A stretch of DNA of 21,586 nucleotides from Ginkgo biloba (Eukaryota; Plantae; Ginkgophyta), in assembly GCA_024626585.2 (NCBI GenBank), contig JANKJI020000004.1, forward strand, positions 140,105,052-140,126,637, read 5' to 3'. Made by a program: the position numbers and the translations under genes. This document shows positions 10,876 to 21,586 of the stretch, piece after piece. A model generated the notes under the pieces. The model was not told the DNA's origin and made no database searches. It saw nothing but the letters and a program-made list of their open reading frames with translations. Within the stretch, counting starts at the first letter, position 1. The number at the start of each line of letters is the position of its first letter.

Positions 10876-12240
10876 TTTTTTTCTTTTTAGATTGAAGCTA
10901 AAATTTTATTAACAAAATTACTAATTACAATAATATAGTACATAATTACAAAGTATCAGAATTGGATACATAATTTGATTCACTGCACACTGATCAATCC
11001 TAGTGAACAAATATACCTATATATAATTGGCATACACTCACCAAGGATATCCATAAAAGTGTATATTTAAAGATCCTATGTCAATATGTTCTAAAAATAT
11101 TCCCGTAGAATTTATGTTATAATAACATGATGGATTTCCTTGAATTCATGGTCCCTTTTTAGTCTACATTGGATCATTTCATAATATGCGATGACTTTTA
11201 TATCTTGTGTGGGAACTTTTCTATCAAATGAAATAAATTTTCTAATTTACATTCGAACACATAAAATGAGAAAGTGGGTAGCACTAATAGCATATCTTTT
11301 CATCTATGTGATAAAATTTGGATGTTTTAGAACCTTATGAAAATTTATAATCTTGATGTAATNNNNNNNNNNNNNNNNNNNNNNNNNNNNNNNNNNNNNN
11401 NNNNNNNNNNNNNNNNNNNNNNNNNNNNNNNNNNNNNNNNNNNNNNNNNNNNNNNNNNNNNNCTTGATATCTTAATATATATATTGTGTGTGTCATGTTG
11501 GTTTAGAAGAAAATAAGAGGACCTATAAATGGTTAGAGACTAAGTAGTCCCATATAGGATCTATACTATGCTTATTTCAATCGTGTAATAAAAATCTTGG
11601 TCAATAAGAAATTAATTCTTATTGGTCCATACAAGCATATGGATTACTTTGGACACTATGTGAAAATTAGAATTCACATGAAATCTCAATCAATATGCCA
11701 AAATACCAATCATATCCAACCCTCAATTGATCTTCATTTTGAAATATGTCAATTTAAACATATTCTTGAAGGTCTGAAATATATCCCAAAGAATTTAGCA
11801 AGTTAAAATCCTCAAGATAAAGACCATAATGCATCTTGAATCTTATATATAGAGGTGTCTTTCATGAGTTCCATACTTGCATGGCATTTTAGATAATATG
11901 CATATCCATAACTAGAGATTAATATTTCTTTGGATCAGTGGATGGTATTAGATATCCCAACTTCCATAATGTATGGATTGAATAATGTATTTATAAATAT
12001 AAATAATAGAAGCAAGTTGTATGATATTGATGTGAATACATTGCCTTTGGAAGTGACAAATAATGTTAGGATTTGAAAAATTACCATAATGATTATGAAA
12101 TTACAAGGGAACTAAAACATAAAATATTTATATATGAGATGCATAAATATTTGCAATCCATCTAAGATAAGATCAATCACTTGGATTTTCATCAAAATAC
12201 TAAGCTAGGCCTCAATAACATAAAAATTGAATTTCATAGA
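10876..12240 (-). mobile_element. Highly decayed L1-type LINE 3' part
   Basis: Minus strand ends AATAAA (10905-10910) plus A-rich tail (10876-10888). Upstream, in correct order: traces of RQG (GNFSNP..RQC), KYLG (AKFFGIY) and a C-x2-C..H..FEC zinc knuckle (~11240-11300). Confidence 0.5.
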
Positions 12241-13766
12241 CACTATTATATGATTACAACAACAATAACAAGTTTATAGTGTACTAATTACATTTTATAT
12301 TAGGTGATGGATCAGGACACTGACTTCACCTTAAGCATAGGCACATGCCAAATTTAGTAAATGATTGCAAGTAGTACACATGAGAGACATATAATATCTA
12401 ATTAATGTTATGATATTATGATGTGGACTTGGTCACATGAGGCGCATATGACTTGAGTTCCTCTTAATAAGTTGAAGAATTAATAATAATTAATAAATAA
12501 ATTATGGGAAATATAAGATAGGGAAAATGACTACTATCTTTATCTTACTAAGATAAGACTAATTGCATTTTACTATACTAAGAACAAACATATGCAAAAT
12601 CATATATTCAAATATAAGAACATGCATTTAGATACAAAGGCATGAATATGTATAAGAACTACAATAAAAGAGGGAATAACAACCCTTTTTGCAACCAAAA
12701 CCTTTTTTTTTTTTTTTTTTACCTTGTGAGAATAGCCACCACTTATTTGTGCATCCCCCTTGACAGGTGGCGACTTGGCCACAACACAAACAACCTACAG
12801 ACCAATTTTTGCAACAATATTGATTCCTATCTTGAGTCACCAACAAACCTGAATCATCAAACTTTAACTTGATCTGCAACACACTTAGCATTCTCTTAAG
12901 GCTTCAAGAGAATGTAACAAAAGTTATCCCCTGTAGACAATTGTGTGGGACTTTCCCACCGTGTGAGTATAGTCCTTGCATATTCATGCATCCACTCTGA
13001 CATGTGGCAACGCCTGGCACTACACGAACACCCTGCAATACTGCATCACCTTCTGGATCTGCCAATGGTTAGCCTTGATGCTTGCAACCCTTAAGTGAAA
13101 ATGTCTTGGAAGTCCTGCTCATCGGTTCTCCAACTCCCACAATGCAGTCCCTCTAACTACATAACATAACTCACATTCAAAGGCTAAAAACTGAACCAAC
13201 TCAAGCTTTGCAAATACAAGATAACCATAATTCTCATCTTATGTAAAACCATAAACAGGAACCTCTCATTCTCCTACTCAACCCTCTATTAACACAGACG
13301 GGATCTGAGTTATTTCATGCAATGAACACAAACTTTAACAATAGGCAGGACTTGACTCTTGGGATTGGTTACCCAAAGATCACACTCAAAATTTTAACTG
13401 ACAAGACACACAACACCACACTTAGGCAACTGTTCACACCACACTCAAAAAACACAGTTTGCCTATTACCATCTTGTCAAATAACTCAGTGTTGAGAGTT
13501 AGGCCTCTCAGCCACTTCAACCTCCTGTGAAGTATAGGGAATCATATACTCCCTCTTGATCTGAACTCCTTGTTGACGCTTGACTTCCTCCACGGGAACT
13601 CCTCCTTCATTGGGCACGACGAGGACCTTCTTCAAGCTCATACCATAGGGTTCCAATTTTACCTTTTCATGTGCCTTCTCTTTGCTTCTCGCAGTAGAAT
13701 CCATTTGATTCACCTTCTCCAATGGCTGCCGAACTTCACAACATATGCCCTGGGAGTAAGCCATTC

Positions 13767-13952
13767 CCACGTGTGTAACATGCATGCACATCCACTTGCA
13801 TGCAAACTGTTTTCTGAGGACAAAACTCCTCCACTGCCTGCCAAACTTTGACCATATGTGTAGTAGACGCCGCTCCGCCACATGTCACATGCATGCATAT
13901 TCATCTGCATGCAAACCGGTTTCTTCAATGGGTATCATACTTTGACCATATG
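13767..13952. repeat. Degenerate tandem duplication rich in RY (CATGCA) and G/E-box motifs
   Basis: Units 13767-13858 and 13878-13952 share CAC(G/A)TG..ACATGCATGCA..TGCATGCAAAC..ACTTTGACCATATG. Confidence 0.8.
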
Positions 13953-14292
13953 CTCTCTCCCATATGTCACCTACACCACAATTCTAGAGAGACCCCTGTT
14001 CTTTGCCATCTTTCAAAAACACTTACGTTTTAATCACAAAAAGCAACTTCAAGATTTACTGAATCCAAAAAAAGCAGGCAACAAAACTTTAGCAAAAGCT
14101 ACCAAATCTTCACCTTATGCTCAAAAGACAGCGCTCCCTGACATACGTGACATGTGTGGACATGCACCTATATGCGGTCCACTTCTTCGATACTATTCTT
14201 TATTTTGATCACACATGCATCTTCCTTCGAAAAGCTCAAACACATAGATTGACTTCCGAAAAAGATCATGTCTTCTTAGAGCTCAAACCATA

Positions 14293-14304
14293 GCTCTGAT
14301 ACCA
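14293..14304 (-). other. Primer-binding site complementary to tRNA-iMet
   Basis: Plus strand gctctgatacca, immediately followed by tgttga. Confidence 0.92.
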
Positions 14305-14410
14305 TGTTGANNNNNNNNNNNNNNNNNNNNNNNNNNNNNNNNNNNNNNNNNNNNNNNNNNNNNNNNNNNNNNNNNNNNNNNNNNNNNNNNNNNNNNNNNN
14401 NNNNNNNNNN

Positions 14411-15709
14411 GGTATCTACTAAAATATTGTGAGGAGACAAGGAAGTCTAGTAATATTTTGGAAAAATTTAATTCTACCTTCATAGTTTTGACTTTGAAAG
14501 AGAAGGGTCCTCTAACTTTTGACAAATTTAGACCTATCTTCCTTTGTAACATCCTTTAGAAAATTATTACAAAGTCGATGGCAAACAAACTCAAGTGAAT
14601 TTTGCCTGAGTTAATTTCAGAAGAGTAAGGATGGTTTGTTCAGGGAAAGCGTATACTAGATAGTATGGTCCTAGCCTAAGAGGCTCTCCACTCACCAAAT
14701 CTTAAAAAGGAAAAAAGGATGCTCATCAGGATGGACATGGCTAAAGCCTATGATCGTATTGATAGGAACTTTCTACTAAGGGTGCTAGAAGGATTTGGTT
14801 TCTACAAAGAATATAGGCAATGGATAAAAGGATGCATCTCGAATCCTTCTTTTATAATGTTAGTGAATGGAAGCCCAATAAGATTTTTCAAAAGTAGTAG
14901 AGGTATAAGGAAGGGTTTCCCATTATCCTAAAGTCTTTTCATCCTAGAAGTGGAGTCTCTTCGTAGACTTTTGGGAAATAAGGAAGAGAGAGGTCTTTGG
15001 GTTGGGGTTGATGTAATAGCAAATTACAAGCATATTTCTCATGTTTAATTCATGGATGATACAATGTTATTATGAAAACCATTAATTCAAAATGCTAACG
15101 TTTTTAGAGAGGCATTAATTACTTTATTAATAAGCTCAAGCGAAATGGTAAATGAGGATAAAAATTAGGTCTATTTTCTAAATACTTCATGGAGATTGCA
15201 CAATAGAGTATGCAGGGTATTCTGATTCCAGCATGGTAATTTCGATAATCCAATGAGATATCAAGGAGATCATTTATCTATATCTTTGTTAAAGTGGAAG
15301 ACTAGTCTTCTTTGATCTAGAAGTTCAAAAGAATATAGAAGGTTGGTCTTTGATTTGGTTAACCTTGGAAGGTAAAGCAAACGTAATTAAATCAATGTCT
15401 GCTTCCTTTTCGATATTTCTATATTCCTTTTTGGATGCCCCAAAAAGAATCATAGAGGATTTTGAGAAAATCATGAGATCCTTCCTATGGAACAGTAAAA
15501 AAGAAAGACAGAGAATTGATTTGGTCAGTTGGGATACTATCTGCAAACCCAAGGAAGAAGTTGGCATGGGCATTAGAAGGTTGGAGAACATGGCATTTCC
15601 CTTACGGGCAAAGTAGTCATGGAGATTAGGTACAGGATGCCCGACTCTTTGCAAGGACATCTTACTAAATAAATACTATGGGGGAATCTCAAAAGCTTCC
15701 TTTCTTTGA
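14411..15709 (+). pseudogene. L1 LINE ORF2 reverse transcriptase remnant, copy 1
   Basis: FRPIFLCN, DMAKAYDRID, SRGIRKGFPLS, SHV*FMDD, RSFLW..VSWDTICKPKEEVGMGIR. Confidence 0.92.
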
Positions 15710-15799
15710 TTTTTACCCTTTTAGATTAAAATATGTTTATTTTAACTATCTAGTCACTATTCTAGTTATGATTCAAGTGTAGAATATTATATTAGGCTT

Positions 15800-18240
15800 G
15801 AGCTATGAATAGGTCCACAACATTAGGGGATTAGGAGGAAATTCTAGGGGGTGATTCTGAATTTTATCTTGGAAGGAAAAATGATTTTTTTGGTGATGTT
15901 AATATCCTTAGAAGAGCTAGAAGATAGGATCTCAAGAATGAAAGAGGATAAATAACTAGGGCCCTAGTGGGTTTTAGGTAAAAAATTTCAAGGCTTGTTG
16001 GGACATTCTCAAAGGGTATCTACTAAAATATTGTGATTCAAGGAAGTCTAGTAAGATTTTGGGAAAATTGAATTCTACGTTCATAGTTTTGAATTTGAAA
16101 GAGAAGGGTCCTCTAACTTTTAACAAATTTATACCTATCTCCCTTTGTAACGTCCTTTACAAAATTATTACAAAGTCGATGGAAAACAAACTCAAGCAAA
16201 TTTTTCCTGAGTTAATTTCAGAAGAGTAAGGATGGTTTTTTCAGGTAAAGCATATAGTAGATAATGTGGTCCTAGCCTAAGAGGCTCTTCACTCACCAAA
16301 TATTAAAAAGGAAAAAAGGATGCTCATCAAGATGGACATAGCTAAATCCTATGATCGCTTTGATAGGAACTTTCTACTAAGGGTGCTCGAAGGATTTGGT
16401 TTCTACAAAGAATAGAGGCAATGGATAGAAGGTTGAATCTCAAATCCTTCTTTCACAATGTTAGTGAATGGAAGCACAATAAGATTTTTCAAAAGTAGTA
16501 GAGGTATAAGGAAGGGTTTCCCATTATCCCAAAGTCTTTTCATCCTAGAAGTGGAGGCTCTTCGTAGACTTTTGGAAAATAAGGAAGAGAGACCTCTTGG
16601 GGTTGGGGTGGATGTAATAGTAAATTACAAGCATATATCTCATGTTTAATTCATATATGATACAATCCTATTGGGAAAACCATTAATACAAAATGCCAAA
16701 GTTTTTAGAGAGGCATGGAGGACTTTCTTAATAGGCTCAAGGGGAATGGTAAATGAGGATAAAAGTTAGGTCTATTTACTAAACACTTCATGGAGATTTC
16801 ACAATAGAATATGCAGGGTGTTCCGATTCTAGCGTGGTAACTTCGATAATCTAATGAGATATCTAGGAGATCATTTGTCTATATCTTTGTTAAAGTGGAA
16901 GGACTAGTCTTCTTTGATCTATAAGTTCAAAAAAAGATAGAAGGTTGGTATTCAATTTCGTTAAACTTGGAAGGTAAAGTAAACATAATTAAATTGCCTT
17001 CTTCCTTTTTGATATTTTGATATTCCTTTTTGGATGCCCTAAAAAGAATCATAGAGGATTTTAAGAAAATCATGAGATCCTTCCTATGGAACAGTAAAAA
17101 AGAAAGACAGAGAATTAATTTGTTCAGTTGGGATACTATCTGCAAACCCAAGGAAGAAGGTGGCATGGACGTTAGAAGGTTGGAGGATATGGCATTGCCC
17201 TTACGAGAAAAGTATGCATGGAGATTAGGTACAGGATGCCCGACTCTTTGGAAGGACATCTTACTAAATATATACTATGGGAGAATCTCAAAAGCTTCCT
17301 TTCTTTGACATTCATATCCTTAAAATAAGTGTTATGAGCTATGGAAAAATATTATTTAGGAGTTTCCCTTGATATACGATATCTTGGCTTGGGTTTGAGG
17401 ATATGGAAGTAGTATCCAATTTTTTATGAAGCCTTCTAACGCCTAACTCTGATAATTAAGGAGGTGGATATTGACCCTTTAAGTGACTTATTTTCGAGGA
17501 TTGGTCTATGGAGGTTAAGGGACTTTATCACGAGACAACCTCTAAAAATCCTTGGGGGTCTGGTATGGATGCACTATTGGAAAGGTTTCGACCTTCTATG
17601 GGAACTTATAATTTATTATGAGAGACTAGTGAAAATCTTGAATAGGAAAGAGCCCTTCCTATCAAAGGAGGAGGATAGATTGACATGGGTGGGAGCTCAA
17701 GGGTAGTGTGACTATTCGATTAAAGGAGGTTGGCAATTAGTGTCAAGGCAGAGAGGGGGGGTTAAGGACAAGAAGTGGCCATCCATATGGGACACTCTAA
17801 GTCTTCCAAAGCTTAACCCTTTTGTTTGGTTAACTTTTTATAATGAAGTCCTTACAAGGTATATTTTAAAATGAAGAGGTTTCAAGGGTCAATCATTTGC
17901 GTCCTTTGTGAAAGATAGGAGGAAAGAAAGGAAACAGATCTGGTTAACCAAGAAATAGAGTGTGCTCTTTTTTTATGGAGCCTCTAAAACCAATCTAGGA
18001 TAGGTAGGTTTGGTGGCCTCTTAGTAATCCCAAATCATAATAGCAAAATCACTTATTAGGAATGTCTAGGGATTTTATAGAACAATGTAGCAAAAGCTAA
18101 GGCCCTCCATAAGGCTCTGAGATTTTTGATGGAGAAGGAACCCTAGATGGATAGAATTTATGGAGATTCCCATCTAATTATCAATATGTGTTGCAAGATT
18201 AGTTGATTTGTAAGAAATCGATACTAGAAAATATAATAAA
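15800..18240 (+). pseudogene. L1 LINE ORF2 remnant, copy 2: RT, zf-RVT and RNase H
   Basis: LGPSGF..CWDILK, RT motifs as in copy 1, WDTLSLPKLNPFVWL..VLT..ICVLC (zf-RVT), then FYGASKTNLG, NNVAKAKAL, IYGDSHLIIN (RNase H, ~17970-18190). Confidence 0.92.
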
Positions 18241-18535
18241 AGAGATAAGANNNNNNNNNNNNNNNNNNNNNNNNNNNNNNNNNNNNNNNNNNNNNNNNNN
18301 NNNNNNNNNNNNNNNNNNNNNNNNNNNNNNNNNNNNNNNNNNNNNNNNNNGACAACAATGTTCACAACAATGCTGAGAATAATGAGATGAAGGTTGTTAA
18401 GCTTTTGTGATTTGGGAAGTTGATAATTTAAAATTGTACATGTTAGTATTCTATTGTATGCAACCGAATTAGTTGGCATGGATCAAAATCGATCAATTTG
18501 CATGGATCATAATCAAATCAAAGAATCTAAGATGT

Positions 18536-18751
18536 AATTAGTCAAACTCTATTTTGAAGACAACTCTACTAAACACATTAAATGCTATTAATAAAAATTT
18601 AGTTTTTATTTTTTAAATTTAGATTGCATTTGTTAGAATGGAAGAATTCAATATCTATTATTTGTAAGAGCAGCGAACAACAAGTAGTAGAATTAATCAA
18701 AGTCTCTTTTGAAGACAATTGTATCAAACACAATAAATGTTATTAATTAAA
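18536..18751. repeat. 61-bp dispersed direct repeat (18536-18596 and 18691-18751)
   Basis: aattaRtcaaa.tct.ttttgaagacaa...aaacaca.taaatgYtattaat; about 10 mismatches in 61. Confidence 0.8.
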
Positions 18752-19209
18752 AGACACCAACTATCACTTTGTAAAATATGTTCCCACCTTTTTAACATGA
18801 AGTTTATTTTTGGAATTTTTAAAATATTGAGAATAATTTGAGAAAAAAATAACAAAATATTCTATGACAAAAAATAAAATCGCACATAAAAATGGCTATG
18901 TTTTTCAAAAAATTATTGAATTATATTAACTTATTTTATCAACTTAAGTTACTAATTAATTTTATAAAAATAAAATGATATAAATGATTAACAAGTTTTG
19001 GATTAATTGGCAATCCATTGCTACAGTCCTTTGCCTGATACCAAGTACTAATAATATTTGCATAGTAAATTGTCAATTAAAGATATCAAATTAATTCCAT
19101 TGGAAATAATATTTACTTTAAAAGATAGAGAAATAATGATTAGAACAGAGCATTTTTTTAGGATAATAACAACATCTTTTGTTGTCCAAGAAATGAAATA
19201 TTTTGAATA

Positions 19210-19761
19210 TTAGTGATCTTGCACGTTAAAAGTGGGTCTAGATATTAATGTAGAGTGTAGAGATCCTATAGGTTGCATGTTATCATGCACGCTTGGCTGA
19301 GTCCACTTCTCAGTAAATACTTCCTTTGTCCTTCGGCATGATGGATAATTGGGATTACAATTTGCACCAGGAGTGGAGGTAATTACAAAATGATTATCAT
19401 TTCCTATAGGCTTCTTTTTATTTTTCACGCTTAACTGAACCCATTTCTTGGTAAATATTGCCTTTGCCCTTAGACATGATGGATAATTGGGGTTACAATT
19501 TGCAAGACCCTGTTCAATTGCAAAAGTATTATCATGCATACTTGACTGAGTCCACTTCTCAGTTAATACTTCCTTCACCTTAGATAATGGTGGGTATGAT
19601 TTATAATGGGGGTTACAATATGCAAGAGACTATTTGATCACAAAATTTTTATCATGTCAATAGGCATGTCGAGCAAAGACACAATGAAGATTGAGTAGAA
19701 ACCCAGTGAGAACAAAAAATATGATCGTTTTGGACTTGCATTGCATGATAGTAATCTCCAT
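19210..19761 (-). pseudogene. Secreted multi-repeat cysteine-containing peptide precursor with two in-frame stops
   Basis: Single frame: MEITIMQCKSKTIIFFVLTGFLLNLHCVFA-RHAY*HDKNFVIK*SLAYCNPHYKSYPPLSKVKEVLTEKWTQSSMHDNTFAIEQGLANCNPNYPSCLRAKAIFTKKWVQLSVKNKKKPIGNDNHFVITSTPGANCNPNYPSCRRTKEVFTEKWTQPSVHDNMQPIGSLHSTLISRPTFNVQDH*. Stops at 19657-19659 (TGA) and 19630-19632 (TAG). Confidence 0.8.
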
Positions 19762-19789
19762 AGACAAGATCTTGAGTCTACAATAATAC

Positions 19790-19846
19790 ATTGGACCTAG
19801 CACTCTTGAATGCCTACTTGGATATAGAGTGGCCTATCCAAATTGG
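19790..19846 (-). promoter_or_regulatory. Candidate core promoter of the peptide precursor gene
   Basis: CTATAT at 19822-19827 (~60 bp upstream of the ATG); CCAAT at 19842-19846 and 19790-19794. Confidence 0.3.
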
Positions 19847-21586
19847 CTTCTCTTTGATCTTTATGGNNNNNNNNNNNNNNNNNNNNNNNNNNNNNNNNNN
19901 NNNNNNNNNNNNNNNNNNNNNNNNNNNNNNNNNNNNNNNNNNNNNNNNNNNNNNNNNNNNNNNNNNTCATATTGTTTATTACTTTATTCATGTCCTTCAT
20001 CTCTTTCCCATCTTTACCATGTTGTTTTTATTTTGTTGTTTCATTTCGTTATCTATTTACAGTAATGAAAATGATGATTGATCTTTCCTCTTATAGCTCT
20101 AGTCACCTTCTTTATAATACCACATCAATCATTCAAGGTGTTCTAATTACTACCATAATTTGATAAATCAAGGACACTACACAATTAAAGAACACTAAAA
20201 ATGAAAGTACACAACATAAATATATAAGAATGGGCCTCACTACATAATCTNNNNNNNNNNNNNNNNNNNNNNNNNNNNNNNNNNNNNNNNTTCATTCCAT
20301 AATTTTTACAAGACTAACCAACCCTCCCCAAAATAAACTAAGGGTTTCAAAAATAATATTAGGATTAGAATGTTCTTAATAAAAAAAACATTAAGAAAAG
20401 GTCCTAGTTATATAGTTATTGAACTTGAGTAAGAAGAATAATTTTACATTTTATTGATATGGGATAGGTCAATTTAAGCCCATATTAATGGAATCCCAAC
20501 GAAATAATTTCTAGGAAAAATATATAAATGACAAGTTAGATATAGAATGAATAGATGTAATAAGAGATTATGTGTGCATCAAAGGCATGCATTTAATTAG
20601 ATATGATGCTAAGGATTATACGAAAATATAAGAATTTTTATACGAGGATCATAAATGATTAGATTACTATTATAAATTAATAAGTTTTTAAGAATACTTG
20701 TACTTTAGAAAAAAATTATCTTAAAATAGTCATGATGATAGTTTTTAATACTTAGTATTAAGTAATTTAGATGACTTTCAACAAAGAGTGTGGGAAAATT
20801 ATGAAGTATATTAAGAATTCACACCTAAAGAAAAGGACACATATTCATTCATATATTTTCTCAATAGCTTTGAAGTAGTAATTTTATAATAAGAGATATT
20901 CATTAAAGAAAATATACAATGTTAAATTGAGGAAAGTAAGGATCCACTAATAAAAAAGGTATCTCATGAAGAAGAATCAAAGTAGTCATCAGAGAAAAAA
21001 TATCATCAAGAAAAATACACTATTAAAGATTATAAGCATAAAGTAGAGTAAGAGGATATTAAAATTATAGAAAAGGATTGTATTGACATGAATGCACTAG
21101 AACATAAAGAAAAAAATAAATTTATTAGCGACAACTAACAAGAAAACTATTAAAAAATATATCATTTTATATGACAAGTATGAAATGAAGTAAGAGGCAA
21201 CTGACATCATAGATAATTAATATATTCACAATAGTAAGTATGAGCAAAATAAAAAAGGATGAGTTTATTGTTGATAGTTGACTTAATATCTTGACTAATA
21301 TAATAGAAAAGTAAATAAATTATCTAGATATGAAGGAAGGATTAAATAAAAACTAAGAATTATTTAGGATGTAACACAAGAAAAACCTCTATACATTCAT
21401 CTAATTAAAATAACCCTCATTATAATGGAAACTACACAACTAATAATATCAATCGTTCATGTTATAAAGATCATCATAAATACAAGAATTAATTCCCTTA
21501 GTCCATCCATATCAAAAAATATCCAATTACGTCAATTAATATAAAATAGTGGACTAATCCTAAGGACATGTCCTCACATTAAATGG

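Larger units (their letters stand above)
12470..14310 (-). mobile_element. Non-autonomous Ty1/Copia-derived LTR element
   Basis: LTR end TCAACA plus perfect PBS TGGTATCAGAGC. Integrase remnant IKREYMIPYTSQEVEVAER, RNase H terminus RTDEQDFQDIFT*GL (~13085-13130), PPT TCAAGGGGGA (12754-12763), putative 3' LTR ~12470-12753. The rest of the 5' LTR is lost in the gap. Confidence 0.75.

Noticed and set aside
12703-12720. T18 run as a retroposed poly(A) tail
   Set aside because: It lies inside the putative Copia LTR, with no TSD or processed transcript evident.
15325-17259. Minus-strand ORFs of 111 and 110 aa as a paralogous gene pair
   Set aside because: They are antisense shadows of the duplicated L1 RT.
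19336-19500. Assignment of the peptide core to RALF, CLE, CEP, PSY or CTNIP families
   Set aside because: Only superficial likeness (PGA..NP..C); the diagnostic motifs YISY, RxxPxGPxPxH, SPGxGH, DY..NxxH and CTNIP are absent.
19210-19660. Repeat array as a CRISPR-like or satellite repeat
   Set aside because: Units keep the reading frame, show synonymous changes and follow a signal peptide; eukaryotic context with no cas genes.
18174-20081. ORFs spanning N gaps (18174..18479, 19791..20081, 19797..20000, 19829..20065)
   Set aside because: Their length is an artefact of Ns; no coding signal.
20480-21586. Purine-rich plus strand, possibly decayed gag
   Set aside because: Stop-ridden with no diagnostic motif; cannot be supported by eye.

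Overview
AT-rich, gap-ridden (15 N-runs) plant nuclear DNA; the TE types suggest a non-flowering vascular plant such as a gymnosperm (inference). About 85% is decayed, nested transposons. These are a minus-strand Tat-type Ty3/Gypsy element (gag, protease, extra archaeal-type RNase H), an internally deleted chromovirus with both LTRs, a Helitron2/Helentron-like RepHel fragment, a solo LTR, a plus-strand Gypsy integrase with 3' LTR, a very old minus-strand L1, a GC-richer non-autonomous Copia, and a tandemly duplicated plus-strand L1. The stand-out non-TE feature is at 19210-19761 (-). Reading through two in-frame stops that the ORF track did not bridge gives a 183-codon secreted precursor: signal peptide plus three repeats of a C-x6-C core (NCNPNYPSC) separated by conserved Trp-containing spacers. 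It looks like a pseudogenised copy of a multi-core peptide precursor family that I do not recognise. All calls come from manual translation and motif recognition; no searches were run.
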